Shown here: piece after piece, positions 41,239-50,161 of the stretch
How the letters are laid out: every line of letters starts with the position of its first letter
Position numbering within the stretch: position 1 is the stretch's first letter
Source: an uncultured Myxococcales bacterium
GTDB taxonomy: Bacteria > Myxococcota_A > UBA9042
DNA: 64,000 nucleotides
NCBI GenBank assembly: GCA_903955385.1
Contig: CAJBNH010000118.1
Coordinates: forward strand, 36,045-100,044
Direction of reading: 5' to 3'
Notes under the pieces: model-generated
What the model was told of the DNA's origin: nothing
Databases searched by the model: none
The model's input: the letters and a program-made list of their open reading frames with translations, nothing else
Position numbers and translations under genes: made by a program

Positions 41239-41315
41239 AGGCGCGTAGCTCAGTTGGTTAGAGCACCACGTTGACATCGTGGGGGTCAGCGGTTCAAATC
41301 CGCTCGTGCCTACCA
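41239..41315 (+). tRNA. tRNA-Val (anticodon GAC)
   Basis: Hand-folded cloverleaf. Acceptor aggcgcg/cgtgcct (one G-U pair). D-arm gctcagttggttagagc. Anticodon stem ccacg/cgtgg with loop ttGACat. T-arm agcgg-ttcaaat-ccgct. 3' ACCA. Confidence 0.85.
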
Positions 41316-41570
41316 AGCCCCTCCCTTGAACATCCCCCCTCGGCAGCCGCCGCGAAGACCGGGGCTGCCGTCGCTCTGAGCGGGACTGCGCAGACCCGGA
41401 CGGTCACCGAACGGGCCCGCGAAGAAGAGCCCCGCCTGCCACGGCAGCACAGGGCCGAGCAACCCCACCTGACGCCAGAGCGCGCCCGGGATAGGGAACG
41501 GAAGGAAGCAGCACCGGGAGTCCCGGAGGCTGCACAGAGAACGCAACCGACTGTCGGGGTGAACGGCCGC

Positions 41571-42266
41571 ATGGCGATCAGCAACACTCCTCAGCAGCAG
41601 CAAGAGGACGCTCGCAAGCGCGAGCCCCGAGTCAACTACCGCATCCGCGTGCCGGAAGTGCGGCTGGTGGGCGTCGAGGGCGAGCAGCTCGGGATCGTGG
41701 CGATCGAAGAGGCCATGCGGATGGCCAACGAGCTCGGCATCGACCTGGTCGAGGTGGCGGCAACCGCCCGCCCCCCGGTCTGTCGGCTCATGGACTACGG
41801 CAAGTTCAAGTACCTGCAGAAGAAGAAGACGGCCGACGCCAAGCGCACCTCGACCCATGTGGAGGTCAAGGAAGTCAAGCTGCGGCCCAAGACCGACCAT
41901 CACGACTATGAGACGAAGCTGAATCAAGCCCGTCGGTTCCTGGTCGATGGCAACCGAGTGAAGATGACCGTCATGTTCCGCGGCCGCGAGATCGCCTATG
42001 CGAACACGCAGCGCGAGCGTTTGATGGAAGTCGCTACGGCCCTGGCCGACTGCTCTGTCGTCGACGTGACGCCGAAGGTCGAGGGTCGCAACATGTCGAT
42101 GATGCTCAACCCGAAGCGTGGCGGCGGTGGCGGCGGCGGAGGCGGGGGTGGAACGCCCAAGCCTGTCGAGCCGGTTGCGCCCGTCTCCCCTGCCCCGGTG
42201 GCTCCGGCTCCGCGGCCGGCCCCCACGGTCACGACCCGCGGTTCGTCCACGGCGCGACCGGAGTAG
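41571..42266 (+). CDS. infC: Translation initiation factor IF-3 with Gly-run and Pro-rich C-terminal extension (Dsg-like)
   Basis: The core aligns with E. coli IF3 (RVNYRIRVPEVRLVG..GEQLGIV...VCRLMDYGKFKY...KEVKLRP..D..DY..K...RFL..G..VK.T.MFRGRE), followed by GGGGGGGGGGGTPKPVEPVAPVSPAPVAPAPRP. ATG 41571 is assumed; IF3 often uses non-canonical starts. Confidence 0.85.
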   Translation: MAISNTPQQQQEDARKREPRVNYRIRVPEVRLVGVEGEQLGIVAIEEAMRMANELGIDLVEVAATARPPVCRLMDYGKFKYLQKKKTADAKRTSTHVEVKEVKLRPKTDHHDYETKLNQARRFLVDGNRVKMTVMFRGREIAYANTQRERLMEVATALADCSVVDVTPKVEGRNMSMMLNPKRGGGGGGGGGGGTPKPVEPVAPVSPAPVAPAPRPAPTVTTRGSSTARPE

Positions 42267-42308
42267 TCCGTTCTTTTCTTAAGTTCACGCGGTGTCGCAG
42301 GCACCGCG

Positions 42309-42518
42309 GTGGAGTTGGTGATGCCGAAGATCAAGACCAGGCGGGCAGCGGCCAAGCGGTTCAAGGTGACTGGAAGCGGCCGCATCAAGTGCGGATCGGC
42401 CTACCGCCGGCACATCCTCGTCACCAAGTCCACCAAGCGGAAGCGCCAGCTGCGCTCGCCGACGACGCTGGACCGCACGATGGTGGGTTCCGTCAAGGCG
42501 ATGCTGCCGTACGGTTGA
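42309..42518 (+). CDS. rpmI: 50S ribosomal protein L35
   Basis: [23 protein letters not shown]... is canonical L35. Confidence 0.9.
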   Translation: MELVMPKIKTRRAAAKRFKVTGSGRIKCGSAYRRHILVTKSTKRKRQLRSPTTLDRTMVGSVKAMLPYG

Positions 42519-42827
42519 CATCGCCGTCGGATGCGCCCGCACGGGCCGGGTCGCCAAACGGTCCGGAACGAACCAAGCGGTCCGCCGGCCGTCGCTTTCC
42601 GGGGGTGACAAACCCCATGGGATACGATAGCTTCGGTTCGCCGGGTCAGACCGAGCGGTGCACTTGCAGCCCCAAGCGGCTGCCCGAAGGCAGCGCCAGA
42701 GAAGCGTAACCATCAGGAAGATGAAGATAGTCGACGGGTTGCAACACGCCGCCGACGCGACACGAAGCGCCGACCAAAGCGAGAATTGGCGCCAGTGCAC
42801 TAGAGAGAGCCCAAAGGAGCAAGTCCG
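42519..42827 (+). promoter_or_regulatory. Unusually long rpmI-rplT spacer; candidate L20 autoregulatory leader or internal promoter
   Basis: 309 nt lie between the L35 stop and the L20 start, where these genes normally abut. Contains hairpin cagcc-ccaagc-ggctg. AAGGAG RBS before rplT. Confidence 0.35.
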
Positions 42828-43190
42828 ATGCCACGCGTGAAGAGAGGATTCAAGGCCCGCCGTCGCCACAACAAAGTGCTGAAGATGGCCAAGGGCATGC
42901 GGGGCGCCCGTTCGCGTCTGTTTCGTACGGCGCGCGAGCAGGTCTACCGCGGCCTGAAGTTGGCCTTCAAGGAGCGTCGGCGCAAGAAGCGTGAGTTTCG
43001 CGCGCTGTGGATCATCCGCATCAACGCGGCGGTCCGCTCACTCGGGACGCCGTACTCGGTGTTTGCGGGTTGGCTGGCCAAGTCCGGCGTGGCCTTGGAC
43101 CGCAAGGTCCTGGCTGAGCTGGCGCTGACCGACATGGAAGCGTTCAAGGTTGTGTTCAACAAGGTTCGCCTGATCGCCACTGGCGCTTAG
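42828..43190 (+). CDS. rplT: 50S ribosomal protein L20
   Basis: MPRVKRGFKARRRHNKVLKMAKG... is canonical L20. Confidence 0.9.
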   Translation: MPRVKRGFKARRRHNKVLKMAKGMRGARSRLFRTAREQVYRGLKLAFKERRRKKREFRALWIIRINAAVRSLGTPYSVFAGWLAKSGVALDRKVLAELALTDMEAFKVVFNKVRLIATGA

Positions 43191-43285
43191 GCACCAGATT
43201 CCAGAGCTGACTCCGATCCTGGCACACCCGGGCAGGTGTGCAGCCGACAGGCGGGGCAAGTCCAAACCACAGGAAGGGTACCGAC

Positions 43286-43564
43286 ATGACGAAGGCTGAC
43301 ATCATCGAAGCGGTTTACGAGAAGTTGGGTGGATTCTCCAAGCGGGAGGCGGCCGATCTGGTCGAGCTCGTGTTCGAGACCCTGAAGGACACCCTGACGA
43401 AGCAGGAGAAGGTCAAGATCTCTGGTTTCGGCAACTTCGTCGTCCGCGAAAAGAAGGCCCGCATGGGTCGGAACCCCCAGACCAAGAAGCCGATCGAGAT
43501 CTCGGCCCGTCGCGTGCTGACCTTCAAGCCGTCGCAGGTTCTGAAGCACACGCTGAACACCTGA
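43286..43564 (+). CDS. ihfA: Integration host factor alpha subunit
   Basis: MTKADIIEAVYEKLG.SKREAADLVELVFETL...ISGFGNFVVREKKARMGRNPQTKKPIEISARRVLTFKPS. AGGAAGGG RBS. Confidence 0.85.
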   Translation: MTKADIIEAVYEKLGGFSKREAADLVELVFETLKDTLTKQEKVKISGFGNFVVREKKARMGRNPQTKKPIEISARRVLTFKPSQVLKHTLNT

Positions 43565-43687
43565 TTTCGGCGGATTGCACGAGCACGTGGCCCGTCCGAG
43601 GCCCCACTTCGTGGGTGCAGCGGTCGGGCTGCGTGCGTTTGTAGGTCACGCTGCACCTGAGCCCTTTGGGCGCGAGAGGCTGCCGGC

Positions 43688-44254
43688 ATGGAGACCGCAG
43701 ACAAGCTCCCCGACAAGGTCTATTTCCGCATCGGTGAGGTCGCGGAGCTGCTGGGCGTAGAACCCCATGTGGTCCGCTTCTGGCAACAGCAGTTCCCCAC
43801 GGTACGGCCCGAGCGGTCAGCGGCGGGACGCTATCTGTATGCCAAGCCCACCGTCGAGCGCCTGTTCCGCATCCGTCAACTGCTCTACGCGGAGGGTTAC
43901 ACCATCGCTGGGGCCAAGCGCGCCTTGGCGACCGGGGCCGCTGGCCGCAGCCGAAAGGCCGACGCTAGCGGTGGCGTTGCAGAAGTCGCTGCGCCTGCTG
44001 AGGTTGCCGTTGCTGCATCGGTGGCCGTCACCGACAACGGTGAGGCGACGCGCCGACAGGTGGAGCTCGAGAGCGAAGTCGAGCGGCTGCGGCGGGATCT
44101 GCGGGCGCTGACCGCACGGTTGGAGGCTTCGCAGGTGAGTGAGACAGACCTCCGCTCTCGGCTGGACGGTGCCCGCGCTCGCGAGAGGGCCGTGCTCCTC
44201 GAGTGCTTGGCCGAAGTCGACAATCTCGCTGCGGCGCTGACTCCCTCCCACTGA
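43688..44254 (+). CDS. MerR-family transcriptional regulator with C-terminal coiled coil
   Basis: HTH YFRIGEVAELLGVEPHVVRFWQQQF...GRYLY. A MerR gene is a conserved neighbour downstream of ihfA in many bacteria. Confidence 0.7.
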   Translation: METADKLPDKVYFRIGEVAELLGVEPHVVRFWQQQFPTVRPERSAAGRYLYAKPTVERLFRIRQLLYAEGYTIAGAKRALATGAAGRSRKADASGGVAEVAAPAEVAVAASVAVTDNGEATRRQVELESEVERLRRDLRALTARLEASQVSETDLRSRLDGARARERAVLLECLAEVDNLAAALTPSH

Positions 44255-44315
44255 ATTCGCCCGACGCGGGTCCTGCGGACGCTTGGAACCGGTGACCCCG
44301 GCGAACGAGTGTGGT

Positions 44316-45128
44316 ATGCAGCCGCGCCCCGCGCCAACCGGCGCCCATTCCCGGACACGCGAACCCATGCCCGACGACCTGCTCAATCCAGGCGGCCCCT
44401 TGCCGCGCCCGAACGCCGAACTCGAGGCTCGCGCCGAGGAGATCTGCAGCCGCCTGCTGATCGAGCGGTACGTGCCCAAGCGCAACTATCGGGATCTGCT
44501 CCTGGATGACGAACTGCGCGCCATCGTGGCCCGGCGGCTCGGCGGAGTCGGGTTGCAGCTGGTCGAGTCGTTTACCTCCGACTGGTTCGCCGTGCGGCTG
44601 AAGCGGGAGGTCGAGGCGGACGTGTCGTTCGACTGGGCGACGAACAGCCGGATGCCGCGCGGGGCGGTGGCGCTGCTGGTGATCCTGTGGGCCAAGCTTG
44701 TGCTTCCCAAGCGGATTTCAGCCACCGAGACCGCGCTGCGCCGGACGCTGGTTGCCGACGATGACCAAGCGAGCGCTCCCGCTGAGGAGGCCCCGCTGGC
44801 CGTCGCTGCTGCCGAGAAGCCTGCTGTGCCGCCGGTGCCTACCGTGAGTCGCGATGCGTTGTATGCGGAATTCGGACGAAAGTTCGGCAAGACGTCGTTT
44901 GCCCGCTATGTCGGGCAGCTGAAGAACGCCGGCTTTCTCCTCGAAGACCGGCTGGGCAACCTGCGCGAGGGGCCACTGCTCGACCTGCTGGTTGACGGTG
45001 TCGAGATGGCGCAGAAGCTGCGGGACTCGGTGCTGTGGGACCTGCTGGAGCGCGATGGCGGCGCGGACCCGCTGGACGACGAGGCGGACGACGCCCCGAG
45101 CGACGACGACACGGGCGACGACGCCTGA
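44316..45128 (+). CDS. Acidic-tailed small protein, putative MukE/MksE-like partner of the downstream SMC-like ATPase (start uncertain: TTG 44283, ATG 44316 or ATG 44367)
   Basis: Segment RLLIERYVPKRNYRDLLLDDELRAIVARRLGGVGLQLVESFTSDWFAVRLKRE loosely parallels MukE ([35 protein letters not shown]). Asp-rich C-terminal tail like MukE. Assignment is by memory only. Confidence 0.4.
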   Translation: MQPRPAPTGAHSRTREPMPDDLLNPGGPLPRPNAELEARAEEICSRLLIERYVPKRNYRDLLLDDELRAIVARRLGGVGLQLVESFTSDWFAVRLKREVEADVSFDWATNSRMPRGAVALLVILWAKLVLPKRISATETALRRTLVADDDQASAPAEEAPLAVAAAEKPAVPPVPTVSRDALYAEFGRKFGKTSFARYVGQLKNAGFLLEDRLGNLREGPLLDLLVDGVEMAQKLRDSVLWDLLERDGGADPLDDEADDAPSDDDTGDDA

Positions 45129-45166
45129 CCTGAGAACGGGCCAGGCCCGCGGAGTGCACGCGCACG

Positions 45167-47962
45167 ATGTTCACGTTCAAGTGGATCGAGATGATGAACT
45201 GGGACTTCTGGTCCCATGTCCGCCTGCCGCTGGACGAGCAGGTGGTGCTCATCGCAGGGCCGAATGGCTCCGGCAAGACGACGCTGCTCGACGCGCTGCG
45301 GGTGCTGCTGAACGCCCGCAAGCTGTCGACCTCGCGCAAGATGCCCCAATACCTTCGCGATGATACGGGCGTTGCCGTCATCAAGGCGGTGGTCACCAAC
45401 CCGTTGAAGCGGGGCACCGGGCGGCGGCCGTTCTCCACGCGCGGACTGTTTGACGAGGAAGTCACGATCGCGTGCGTGCTGGAGCGCAAACAAGGCGGCT
45501 GGCAGCGGCGCTACCTGATCACCGGCGGAGATGCGAGTATCGAGCAATTGCGGGCACTTCCGCGTGGTCTTGGGCCAGAGGAGTACTCTCGGGCGCTGGA
45601 GGATGCCCACGTCCCGCGCACGCTGCTGAAGATTCTGGCGCTGGAGCAGGGCGAGACCCACAAGCTCGCCTCGCGCACCCCCGAACAGCTGCTGGAATAC
45701 GTGCTGGAGCTTCAGGGCGACAAGCAGGTGCTGGACCGCTACGCCGACGCGCGCTCGACCTATCTGGGTGGCCAGCGGGATCTGGAAGAGTACGAAAACC
45801 GCCTGAAGATGATGGCGATGCACGTCGATGTGCTGCGCCGCGACGCTGAGCAGTACCGCGAGCTGCAGGTGCTGACCGAGCAGGAACGCGAGGTTCGCGA
45901 CATCCGCCTTCCGGCTGCAAGGTTGGCGGGACTGGTGCGCGAGCTGACGGACCTGGAGCGCGAGCAGTCGCGGGCCAAGCTGCTGCTGGACAACGCGGAC
46001 GGGGTGCTTGCGGGTTTCAGCATGGAATCTGCGGCCTTGCGCGAGGAGGTCGAGACCGTTCGGTCCGGCATCGAGCAGAAGCGCGCGGCCTATCAGGAGC
46101 TGCTGAAGGACAAGGAGCGGCTGGACGGCCAGTACCGCGACCTGAAGCGCGACGAGGCGGAGCTGGCTGAGCTGGGCGGTCCCGGTGCGGTGGGCGATGC
46201 GCCTCCCGAGGCAGAGGCCTTGCGTCTGGAGCGTGGGCGCCTGGTTGCCGCAGAGGCGTCGACCCGCGGAGAATTGCAACGGGTCCTGCAAAAGATCAGT
46301 GACTTGCGGGCAGAGCTGTCGACGCTGGATCGGGGTGAGAAGCGGTCGCCGCCCGAGTGGGTCTCCCAAATGCTACGGGAGCTCCGCGTCGAGGGAATCG
46401 AAGCCGCCATCGTGGCGGATCTGGTCGAGATTCAGGACCCGCGGTGGCAGGTGGCGGTCGAGTCGATCCTGGGGCGCGAGCGCTTCACGGTGCTGGTCGG
46501 TGCCGAGCAACAGCTGGCCGCGCGCAAGATCGCCCAGCGATTGAAGTATCGGTGCTACGTCGAGCCTTGGGGCAGCCCGCAGCGGCCTCAGGTTCGGGCG
46601 GGGTCTGCGCTTTCGGTCGTGAGCCTGACGGACAAGCGGGTGCCGGAAACCGTCGTGCACATGCTGAATTCCGTGCAGCTGGTGGAGTCGGTCGAGGAGG
46701 GGCACCGGCTGGGGCGGTCGACCTCGATCACGCCCGACGGCTATCGGCAGGACACACGCGGCGGCATCTTTGTGGGCGTGTCGGACCTGTACTGCGGGTC
46801 GAGCGCGGGAGGCCACCGCCGCGGCCAGATCGAGAGTGAACTCGGGCAGATGCGCCAACTGCGCGATGGGCTGGAGGCGAGTCTTGCGCCGGGTGGGCGG
46901 CGGATCGCGCAGATCGACGAGCTGCTGCTGTCGGACAAGGTGCGCGACAAGGTGCTGCGGCGCATCGGTGACGCATCGACGCTGGTTGAGCGGATCGCCG
47001 GGCTGGCGGACCAGCGGCGCGCGATGACCGAGCGCTTGATGAACCTGCTGAGCGAGATCGACGCCGACAACAATGTGGTGCTGGATCGCGAGCGGCGGGT
47101 GTCGCTGATCGAGTACCGCAACCGCGAGTCGATCATCGAGCGCGATCGCGCGCGGGCGGGCGTGGCCTCTGTGGAGGCCCGACGGCTGCGCATCGTCAGC
47201 GAAGTCGAAGACTTGCGCGCGTCGGTGCCGGTCGAGATGCAGACCGAAGCGGCGCGCGAGCTGCTGGAGTCCGAGGTCACGCTGATCGAACGGCTGAACC
47301 TGGTGCGCGAGCGGATCAGCCGCTTCGAGGGCAATCGAGACCCACGCGCCGTCGGCATTTGGGAGCGCGCGTCGGCGGATCTGGCCGAACACGAACGCAC
47401 GCTGGTCACGCAACGCAGGGATCTGACACACGGATCCGATGAGCTGCAGCTGGCGCGCACCGCGTACAAGCGCGTGGTCGCCGAGACGATTCGCCGCTAC
47501 CGCACCAACGTCCTGCGGCTGGGCGAGCTGTGTCGGGTCGAGGTTCAGGTCAAGACCCCGGGCGCCGACCTGCTGAAGGACGACAGTGAAGACCTGTTGG
47601 GCAAGGCCGGTCTGGAAGTCCGCATCGGCTTCGACGGCAAGAAGCCCGTTGCGGTCGACGACCCCAAGCTCTCGGGCGGTCAGTCCGTGGTGGCCAGCCT
47701 GATCCTGCTGATGGCCCTGACGATGCAGGACGGCACTGACGCTGCTGGCTTCTTCATCCTGGACGAGCCGTTTGCCCACCTGTCGGTCGAGCGCATCGAC
47801 GAGGTTGCCCGCTTCCTGCAGGTGACCCGGGCGCAGTTCATCATCACGACGCCGACGACGCACAACCTGCTGGTGTACAACCCCGCGCAATTGACGCTGA
47901 ATCTGCGCAAGAAGGGCGGAACCGAGCGACACGCCCCGGTGCCGACGTTCCTGCGGCGGTAG
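45167..47962 (+). CDS. SMC/MukB-like ABC-type ATPase (AAA_29-type N-terminal head, coiled-coil arms, central hinge-like region, C-terminal LSGGQ plus Walker B)
   Basis: N-terminus FKWIEMMNWDFWSHVRLPLDEQVVLIAGPNGSGKTTLLDAL is a MukB/MksB/JetC-like head. The middle is rich in E/R/L heptads. C-terminus KLSGGQSVVASL...FFILDEPFAHLSVERIDE. Confidence 0.8.
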   Translation: MFTFKWIEMMNWDFWSHVRLPLDEQVVLIAGPNGSGKTTLLDALRVLLNARKLSTSRKMPQYLRDDTGVAVIKAVVTNPLKRGTGRRPFSTRGLFDEEVTIACVLERKQGGWQRRYLITGGDASIEQLRALPRGLGPEEYSRALEDAHVPRTLLKILALEQGETHKLASRTPEQLLEYVLELQGDKQVLDRYADARSTYLGGQRDLEEYENRLKMMAMHVDVLRRDAEQYRELQVLTEQEREVRDIRLPAARLAGLVRELTDLEREQSRAKLLLDNADGVLAGFSMESAALREEVETVRSGIEQKRAAYQELLKDKERLDGQYRDLKRDEAELAELGGPGAVGDAPPEAEALRLERGRLVAAEASTRGELQRVLQKISDLRAELSTLDRGEKRSPPEWVSQMLRELRVEGIEAAIVADLVEIQDPRWQVAVESILGRERFTVLVGAEQQLAARKIAQRLKYRCYVEPWGSPQRPQVRAGSALSVVSLTDKRVPETVVHMLNSVQLVESVEEGHRLGRSTSITPDGYRQDTRGGIFVGVSDLYCGSSAGGHRRGQIESELGQMRQLRDGLEASLAPGGRRIAQIDELLLSDKVRDKVLRRIGDASTLVERIAGLADQRRAMTERLMNLLSEIDADNNVVLDRERRVSLIEYRNRESIIERDRARAGVASVEARRLRIVSEVEDLRASVPVEMQTEAARELLESEVTLIERLNLVRERISRFEGNRDPRAVGIWERASADLAEHERTLVTQRRDLTHGSDELQLARTAYKRVVAETIRRYRTNVLRLGELCRVEVQVKTPGADLLKDDSEDLLGKAGLEVRIGFDGKKPVAVDDPKLSGGQSVVASLILLMALTMQDGTDAAGFFILDEPFAHLSVERIDEVARFLQVTRAQFIITTPTTHNLLVYNPAQLTLNLRKKGGTERHAPVPTFLRR

Positions 47963-47971
47963 GCGGAAGTC

Positions 47972-48772
47972 CTAAGTCAGGGGATCGACCAGCTCGACCC
48001 GCAACCGCTCGCCAAACAAGCGGATCGCGTTGGCGGTGGTCGCTGCTTGGGCCAACTCGAACGACAGGCCCTTGAGCTCGGCGACCTTGGTCAGGGTCTC
48101 ACGGACGAAGCGGGGCTCGTTGCGCTCGCCGCGGTGGGGCATCGGCGCAAGGAAGGGCGAGTCGGTCTCGACCAGCAGGCGGTCGAGGGGCGTGGCGGCC
48201 AGAACCTCGACCAGTTCTCCAGGCTTGCGAAAGGTCACGATGCCGGGGATCGACAGGTGAAAGCCGAGATCCAGCGCCTCGAGCGCAAACCGCCGCGTCC
48301 CTGAAAAGCAGTGGATGACGCCCCCCACCTCTGCGGCGTTTTCTTCGCGCAGCACGCGCAGGGTCTCGGGCTCTGCGTTTCGCGTGTGGATGCACAGCGG
48401 CTTGTGCAGCGCGCGGGCGAGGCGGACGTGCTCGCGGAACACGGCTTCCTGCTCGACCGGGGTCGAGTGGTGGTAGTGGAAGTCAAAGCCGGTTTCGCCA
48501 ATCGCCACGACTTCGGGCGCCTGACACAACTGGCTGATCTGCAACCACAAGGTCTCGTCCCAGTCTTCTGCATCGTGCGGGTGGATGCCGCAGATCGCGC
48601 TGACGCCTGGGTGCTGACGGGCCGCGGCAAGCGCCGACTCGGCTTCTGCCAGGTCACCGCCCGCCCCCACGCAAATGACGTGACGAACTCCGGCGGCTAC
48701 GGCTCGAGCGAGGACCGCTGGCGTCCCCCCTTCGTAGCCCTCCATCGCGATGTGCGCGTGCGTGTCGATCAT
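47972..48772 (-). CDS. tatD: TatD-family metal-dependent DNase/hydrolase
   Basis: MIDTHAHI...GETGFDFHY...HTRNA...IHCFSG...ETDSPFLAP. Start trimmed to MIDTHAHI; the ORF track extends upstream in-frame. Confidence 0.85.
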   Translation of the reverse strand: MIDTHAHIAMEGYEGGTPAVLARAVAAGVRHVICVGAGGDLAEAESALAAARQHPGVSAICGIHPHDAEDWDETLWLQISQLCQAPEVVAIGETGFDFHYHHSTPVEQEAVFREHVRLARALHKPLCIHTRNAEPETLRVLREENAAEVGGVIHCFSGTRRFALEALDLGFHLSIPGIVTFRKPGELVEVLAATPLDRLLVETDSPFLAPMPHRGERNEPRFVRETLTKVAELKGLSFELAQAATTANAIRLFGERLRVELVDPLT

Positions 48773-49950
48773 GCGCCGGGCGTTTCGCGGGCAACCGGAT
48801 GCTGACCGGTCGGACGACGCCCTTCGGCGATCTTCTGGCTGGTTCCGCGACGGTCGCGGCGCACGTCCTGGTCGACGGGCTCGCCCGTCTCCTTGCGGTG
48901 GCGCTCGAGGTCGAGACGCATCAGCTCGTCCATCTCGGAGATCGCCCGCATCAGCATGTCCTGACGCGTGCGGTACGGCTGGAAGGCAGACTTGAAGCCG
49001 TTGATGATCACCTCGCGCACGTCGCTGATCGACACGTCGAAGTTGTTGATCCACAACATGTACTCGTCGGTGACCGTCGTATCGGTGACCAGGCGGTTGT
49101 CGGTGTTGATCGTCACCCGAATGCCGAGGTCGTGATAGAACTGGATCGGGTGGTTCTCCACGCTGTCGACGGCGCGGGTCTGGACGTTGGACTTCAGGCA
49201 GATCTCCAACGGAATCCGGTGGTCCGCCACGAAGTTCAGCAGGTCACCGTCCTCGCGCAGCCGGGTACCGTGACCGATGCGGTGCGCGCCACAGTCGTGC
49301 AACGCCTGATGCACGCTCTCTGGGCCAAACGCCTCTCCCGCGTGGGCAGTGCAGTTGACGTTGTTCGACCGGATCAGGTGGAACGACGCGGCGTGCTTGC
49401 GGGCCTGGAAGCCGTCCTCAGCACCGGCGAGGTCGAAGGCGACAACGCCTTTGTTCTTGTACGCCACAGCCAATTCCGCAAGGCGCAGCGACCACTTCGG
49501 GTCCGCGTGACGCAGGGCGCTGATGATGAGACCCGAGCGAATGCCGTACTTGGTCTTGCCGTCGCGCAAACCGGCCAGCACCGCCTCAACGATGGTGGTC
49601 AGCGGCAGCCCCTTCTGAATGTGCAGCATGGGGCAGTAGCGCACTTCCATGTAGTGCACGTTCTCGGCCGCCGCATCCTCGGCCAGCTCGAGCGCCGCGC
49701 GGTACAGACCTTCCTCGGTCTGCAGCACCGAGTTGGTGATGTCGAAGCCTCGCAGGTAGTCCGTCAGGGAGTGGCAGACGTCGCCCGCCATGATGAGGCC
49801 CGCCAGCTTGTCGGGGTCGTGGGTGGGCAGCTTGACCTTCTGCTCTTGGGCCAGCTCGAGGATGGTCGGGATGCGCATCGAGCCATCGAGGTGGACATGC
49901 AAATCGGTCTTGGGCAGGCGCTGGATCAGGTCATAAGTAGGCTTGTACAT
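48769..49950 (-). CDS. add: Adenosine deaminase
   Basis: LPKTDLHVHLDGS. The metal-binding His and Asp residues of the amidohydrolase fold are present (HAGE, TDN motifs). Start trimmed to MYKPTYD. Overlaps the tatD start by 4 nt. Confidence 0.8.
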   Translation of the reverse strand: MYKPTYDLIQRLPKTDLHVHLDGSMRIPTILELAQEQKVKLPTHDPDKLAGLIMAGDVCHSLTDYLRGFDITNSVLQTEEGLYRAALELAEDAAAENVHYMEVRYCPMLHIQKGLPLTTIVEAVLAGLRDGKTKYGIRSGLIISALRHADPKWSLRLAELAVAYKNKGVVAFDLAGAEDGFQARKHAASFHLIRSNNVNCTAHAGEAFGPESVHQALHDCGAHRIGHGTRLREDGDLLNFVADHRIPLEICLKSNVQTRAVDSVENHPIQFYHDLGIRVTINTDNRLVTDTTVTDEYMLWINNFDVSISDVREVIINGFKSAFQPYRTRQDMLMRAISEMDELMRLDLERHRKETGEPVDQDVRRDRRGTSQKIAEGRRPTGQHPVARETPGA

Positions 49951-50161
49951 GGAATTCCTGGTGCCGGTGGACGCGGTCTGGGCGGTCTTGGTGGAGGGAA
50001 CGGACCGGCCTGGTTTGCGGGGGGAAGACGTCGGCATGGAACGGGTGCCTCAGGGAAATTTGGCGCATTGTAGCCCTCGCGGCCGCGTGGGTCGAGCCGG
50101 GAGTCGCTGGCGCTGTCGCCGCGGGGTGGACGGCAACCGGTCCCGCTTCTATGCTCGGGTC

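Noticed and set aside
41271-41570. N-terminal extension of infC back to 41271
   Set aside because: The extended ORF would overlap tRNA-Val and its flank. The conserved IF3 core begins near the ATG at 41571. The extension is an ORF-caller artefact, although the true start may be a nearby non-ATG codon.
44283-47962. Wadjet (JetABCD) or MksBEFG defense system
   Set aside because: Only E-like and B/C-like components are present. The flanking genes are a MerR regulator and a convergent tatD, with no JetA/MksF or JetD/MksG. The pair is reported instead as an atypical two-gene SMC-like module.
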